Source of the DNA: Spirochaetia bacterium
GTDB lineage: Bacteria; Spirochaetota; Spirochaetia; SP-2023
Direction: 5' to 3'
DNA length: 64,000 nt
Assembly: GCA_965225855.1 (NCBI GenBank)
Contig: CBDDCK010000005.1
Location: 1,760,001-1,824,000 of the forward strand
A model generated the notes under the pieces. It worked only from the letters and a program-made list of their open reading frames with translations, did not search any database and was not told the DNA's origin. Shown piece by piece: positions 60,636-64,000 of this stretch (the first letter of the stretch is position 1; the number at the start of each line of letters is the position of its first letter). The translations under genes were made by a program, and so were the position numbers.

Positions 60636-61466
60636 TTATTTCACAGCTCCCGCTGTCATGCCAGCCATAATCATTCGGGAGAGGATGATAAAAACTACAA
60701 TAGTGGGTACTGTAACAATGGTTATACCGGCAAATAATCCCGGCCAATCCCCTGTATATTGCATCGCATTTTGGAAGGCGTAAATCCCTAACTGTAATGG
60801 AAATTTATCTTCAGAAGTAAGCAATATCAAAGATAATTGATATTCTTTCCATAACCAAATAAAATTTAATAAGGCACAAATGAAAAGGCCAGGTTTTGCA
60901 ATAGGCAGCATAACCTTTATGAAAGAAGTCCATGAATTGCAACCATCAATAACTGAAGATTCTGCTATCGATACCGGAATTGTGGAAAAAGAGCCTGTCA
61001 ATAAATAAACACTGACAGGAATGGAAGCTGCCGTATATGCTATTATCAATCCTAAGTGAGTATCACTTAGACCTAAAAACGCCATAATTACATACAACGG
61101 TATATACAACAAAGGAATAGGGATACTCATACCAATAATAAAATAAGCAAAAAGAAATTTTGAGATTTTAAAATTTATTCTACTCAAAACATAAGCTGCG
61201 CCAGTTGCGACAACCAAAGTGAGGATAACCGCACTTACAACAACAATAATGCTATTAAAAAAGAATAAGCCAAAATTATTTGACTCCCATACTCTAGTAA
61301 AATTATTCCATTGAAATTTTTCAGGAATCCCCCATGCATTAACAATTAATTCCTTGCGAGTTTTCCATGCACCTAAAAACACAAACCCAAGCCCAGCAAT
61401 GGAAAATAAGGACCACAGACCAATCAAGATAATATTTATCTTTTTAACCATATATAAAACCAGCAT
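60636..61466 (-). CDS. Sugar ABC transporter permease
   Basis: ESSVIDGC; C-terminal GMTAGAVK. Confidence 0.9.
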   Translation of the reverse strand: MLVLYMVKKINIILIGLWSLFSIAGLGFVFLGAWKTRKELIVNAWGIPEKFQWNNFTRVWESNNFGLFFFNSIIVVVSAVILTLVVATGAAYVLSRINFKISKFLFAYFIIGMSIPIPLLYIPLYVIMAFLGLSDTHLGLIIAYTAASIPVSVYLLTGSFSTIPVSIAESSVIDGCNSWTSFIKVMLPIAKPGLFICALLNFIWLWKEYQLSLILLTSEDKFPLQLGIYAFQNAMQYTGDWPGLFAGITIVTVPTIVVFIILSRMIMAGMTAGAVK

Positions 61467-61477
61467 ATAGAAAATTT

Positions 61478-62413
61478 CTAGAATTCATGAATTTCTTTGC
61501 GCATCAATCTTCGGGTAAAAAAGACCAAAAAGCCAGCAAGCAAAATAGATTCAACGCCAATTGCCGAAGCATAGCCCATTTGAAAAATTGGTTCGCGTTG
61601 TCCAAACCCGGTAATGTACATGTACACACTGGTATTATAGAGTTCTTGAGGAATATTTTGTGAACCAAAAGCATAGGGAAACTCAAAATCTTTGATAGCC
61701 AATATTATCCATAAAGTGATGGAAATAGTAATAACGTCCCAAATTAACGGAATTGTAATTCTTGTAAATTTTGCCCAGTTTGAAGCACCCTCTAAATCCG
61801 CTGCTTCAAACATTTCTTGCGGAATTTTATCGATGCCTGAAAGCAATATAACCAAGTAAAATCCTATATTTGACCAAATCATGGCAATGAGCATTGCATA
61901 TAAAACCGTTTCAGAACGCGTGAAAATAAAGCTATCTTCTCTCCCTAAAAGGTCTGCAATGATTTTGAATATACCAGTGTTTGGGTTGTAAAGATTTTGC
62001 CACATATTCACTGTAGCAAAAGCACTAACGATAAAAGGCAAGAAAATAACGGCACGATAAAACGATCGAACTTTAGCGTTTATTCCAGAAGAAAGAACAA
62101 GAGAAAAGTAAAAAGCTAAAATGAAATTTACTGCTCCTCCTATAACTATGATGGTTAGGGTATTTTTGATACTAAGCCAAAAGACTGGGTCAGAAAAGGA
62201 TTTTAAGTAATTATTTATTCCAACAAAATTTATATTATCACCAAATCCAGACCATTTAAAGAAACTCATAAAAATGGTTAGTAATGAAGGGATTGTAAAA
62301 AATAAACTATACAACAGAAGAGCAAGTAGCAGCATAAACAAAATAAAAATACGGCTTGCGCTTTTCATATCAAATCTCCCTACAAATTTTTTCTGTGATT
62401 GATAAGCAATCAA
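61478..62413 (-). CDS. Sugar ABC transporter permease
   Basis: EAADLEGAS; GYASAIG. Likely start is MKSASR. Confidence 0.9.
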   Translation of the reverse strand: MIAYQSQKKFVGRFDMKSASRIFILFMLLLALLLYSLFFTIPSLLTIFMSFFKWSGFGDNINFVGINNYLKSFSDPVFWLSIKNTLTIIVIGGAVNFILAFYFSLVLSSGINAKVRSFYRAVIFLPFIVSAFATVNMWQNLYNPNTGIFKIIADLLGREDSFIFTRSETVLYAMLIAMIWSNIGFYLVILLSGIDKIPQEMFEAADLEGASNWAKFTRITIPLIWDVITISITLWIILAIKDFEFPYAFGSQNIPQELYNTSVYMYITGFGQREPIFQMGYASAIGVESILLAGFLVFFTRRLMRKEIHEF

Positions 62414-62448
62414 TGGGGGGTGATTCGCCCACCATTTTCGCTTTTCGC

Positions 62449-63804
62449 TTATTTTTGTTCCCAGTATTTAACTGTACTCTCTTTCATCGTTTGAATAAAT
62501 TCATCTATAGTAAGTTTCCCTAGGAAAAATTTACTATGGACAGATTGAAACGTACTTGTGAAATCCGGTAAAAATGCAGATAAATTACCATCAGTAAGAT
62601 AAGCTCCATCAGCATTCAGTAGTAAACTCCTAGCATCCTTCAAATCTTTTGGCCAATCAACTGTTTTATTTGGTACTCCAATATTTCCTAGCTCTACAAG
62701 TTTTTGCTGGCTAAAATCAGATAACAAATAGCGGATAAATGTTTTTGCAGCTTCGATATGTTTTGATTTTTTATAGATAGCTAATGCCATAGGTGCAACG
62801 GAAACTTGATTTAAGTTTTGTCCACCCGCAATAGTAGGGAAAGGGAAAATACCCCATTGGAATCCCTCATCAACAGTCTTGCTTAATTCTGTGGGCAACC
62901 AAGAGCCAACCAGCTCCATCGCAGTTTTTCCTATGGCAATATTATTTTGTGCCGCAGGATATTGATAACCACTACTTTCAGGCGGTATTGCTCCACTGTC
63001 AATTAATCGCTTCTCAATTTCTAATGCTTGGCGTACTTCCGGCTTATCCCAGCTTGTTCCTGTTTTATCCATAACTACATCGTAGAGAAAATTTGAACCG
63101 CCTATTTTTTGCATAATTCCAGTCAAGTACCAAAATTGATAAAATCCTACATTACCTTCTACTGCTATCGGATCAATGCCTTTAGCTTGTAGCTTATTTG
63201 AAATTTCTAAAAACTCATCAAAATTAGAAGGAGGGCTTGTTATTCCCGCAGCTTCAAACAATTGTTTGGAATAAAAGAATGCAATAATATTTATTATATA
63301 TGGAACGCCATACTGTACGTTATTATGCATAAGTGTATCGAAAACACCCGTTAAAGCTGTGTCGCGCAATATCTCGTTGCCTTTATAAGTCATTCCATCA
63401 GTTAAGTCGGTTAGGTCTACAACAAAATCTTCTTTTGTAACTAGGCCCATAAATTTGTCGCCATCACTATCGAAAAGGTCTACTTGTTTATTGGCTGCCA
63501 AATGGCTTCGCAATTTAACTAAAGACTGGCGACCATTAAAAGTAAATTTAATTTTTTCGCCGGTCTCCTCTTTTTGAAATAAATCCGCAATGGCAGTCAA
63601 AGCTTGGGCTTGTGGCTCCGGCTTATTCCACAAGGACCAATAAACTAGCTCTTTGGGAACTTCAGAAACTTCCTCTTTGCTGCTTGCCGGCTTTTCCTTA
63701 GCACAACTTAGCAACAAAAAAATTAGTACTAATATGCATAATTTTTTCACAATAATTACTCCTTTAAGTAAATTAAAATTTTTTATCAAAAGATTTATAA
63801 GCAC
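62449..63804 (-). CDS. Sugar ABC transporter substrate-binding lipoprotein
   Basis: Lipobox LLSC; true start probably the GTG (VKKLCIL) after AAAGGAG. Confidence 0.88.
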   Translation of the reverse strand: MLINLLIKNFNLLKGVIIVKKLCILVLIFLLLSCAKEKPASSKEEVSEVPKELVYWSLWNKPEPQAQALTAIADLFQKEETGEKIKFTFNGRQSLVKLRSHLAANKQVDLFDSDGDKFMGLVTKEDFVVDLTDLTDGMTYKGNEILRDTALTGVFDTLMHNNVQYGVPYIINIIAFFYSKQLFEAAGITSPPSNFDEFLEISNKLQAKGIDPIAVEGNVGFYQFWYLTGIMQKIGGSNFLYDVVMDKTGTSWDKPEVRQALEIEKRLIDSGAIPPESSGYQYPAAQNNIAIGKTAMELVGSWLPTELSKTVDEGFQWGIFPFPTIAGGQNLNQVSVAPMALAIYKKSKHIEAAKTFIRYLLSDFSQQKLVELGNIGVPNKTVDWPKDLKDARSLLLNADGAYLTDGNLSAFLPDFTSTFQSVHSKFFLGKLTIDEFIQTMKESTVKYWEQK

Positions 63805-64000
63805 CCATACGAAAATCTATTTCCATCGGTGGAATTTTCTCTTTGGTTACTTTAGCTCTCCATTCTTCACTATAAGAACAACCATTTTTAGCTGCTTCTT
63901 TCTTCCCTTCAAGAATATACCATATATCCATTAAAAGGTTTTCGCCCTCGCGCAATTGGGGATATCCATCAGAAAGAAGCTCTTCTACATAACCGTTGTG
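63773..64000 (-). CDS. 3' end of an upstream gene running off the window (C-terminus reminiscent of DUF5107/TPR proteins)
   Basis: Reading frame is open to the window edge; LREGENLLMDIW...IPPMEIDFRM. Confidence 0.45.
   Translation of the reverse strand, partial: HNGYVEELLSDGYPQLREGENLLMDIWYILEGKKEAAKNGCSYSEEWRAKVTKEKIPPMEIDFRMGAYKSFDKKF

Noticed and set aside
887..63934. Numerous 60-130-aa ORFs nested in or antisense to larger genes
   Set aside because: Shadow ORFs of well-supported genes, with no independent evidence

Overview
A 64-kb chromosomal window, most likely from a spirochaete (inferred from spirochaete-type lipoproteins, a FliL-like protein, yeast-type LeuA and a DUF4469-type protein). 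It carries housekeeping genes (miaB, a TrmJ-like methylase, leuA, rpe, rnfCDGE, glnS), three tRNAs without encoded CCA, ABC transporters and a probable GalNAc/tagatose catabolic operon, with several accessory islands between them. The main finding is an intact, AT-rich 1243-aa type V CRISPR effector of the Cas12a2/Cms1 branch (44250-47981). It has a complete RuvC triad and its own promoter, but I found no CRISPR array, cas1, cas2 or cas4 in the window. It lies directly downstream of a type III R-M mod gene, where the res gene normally sits. Other notable items: a recombining tandem array of 7 iron-siderophore binding lipoprotein genes (8 domains, one fusion, one orphan 3' remnant) behind a Fur-box-like promoter; tandem methyltransferase-GIY-YIG/T5orf172 fusion genes with different central regions; several unannotated pseudogene remnants (HsdS, GyrI-like, DUF285, ankyrin); and four intergenic repeat clusters with 22-23-bp periodicity. 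All family assignments come from motif recognition by eye, not from database searches.
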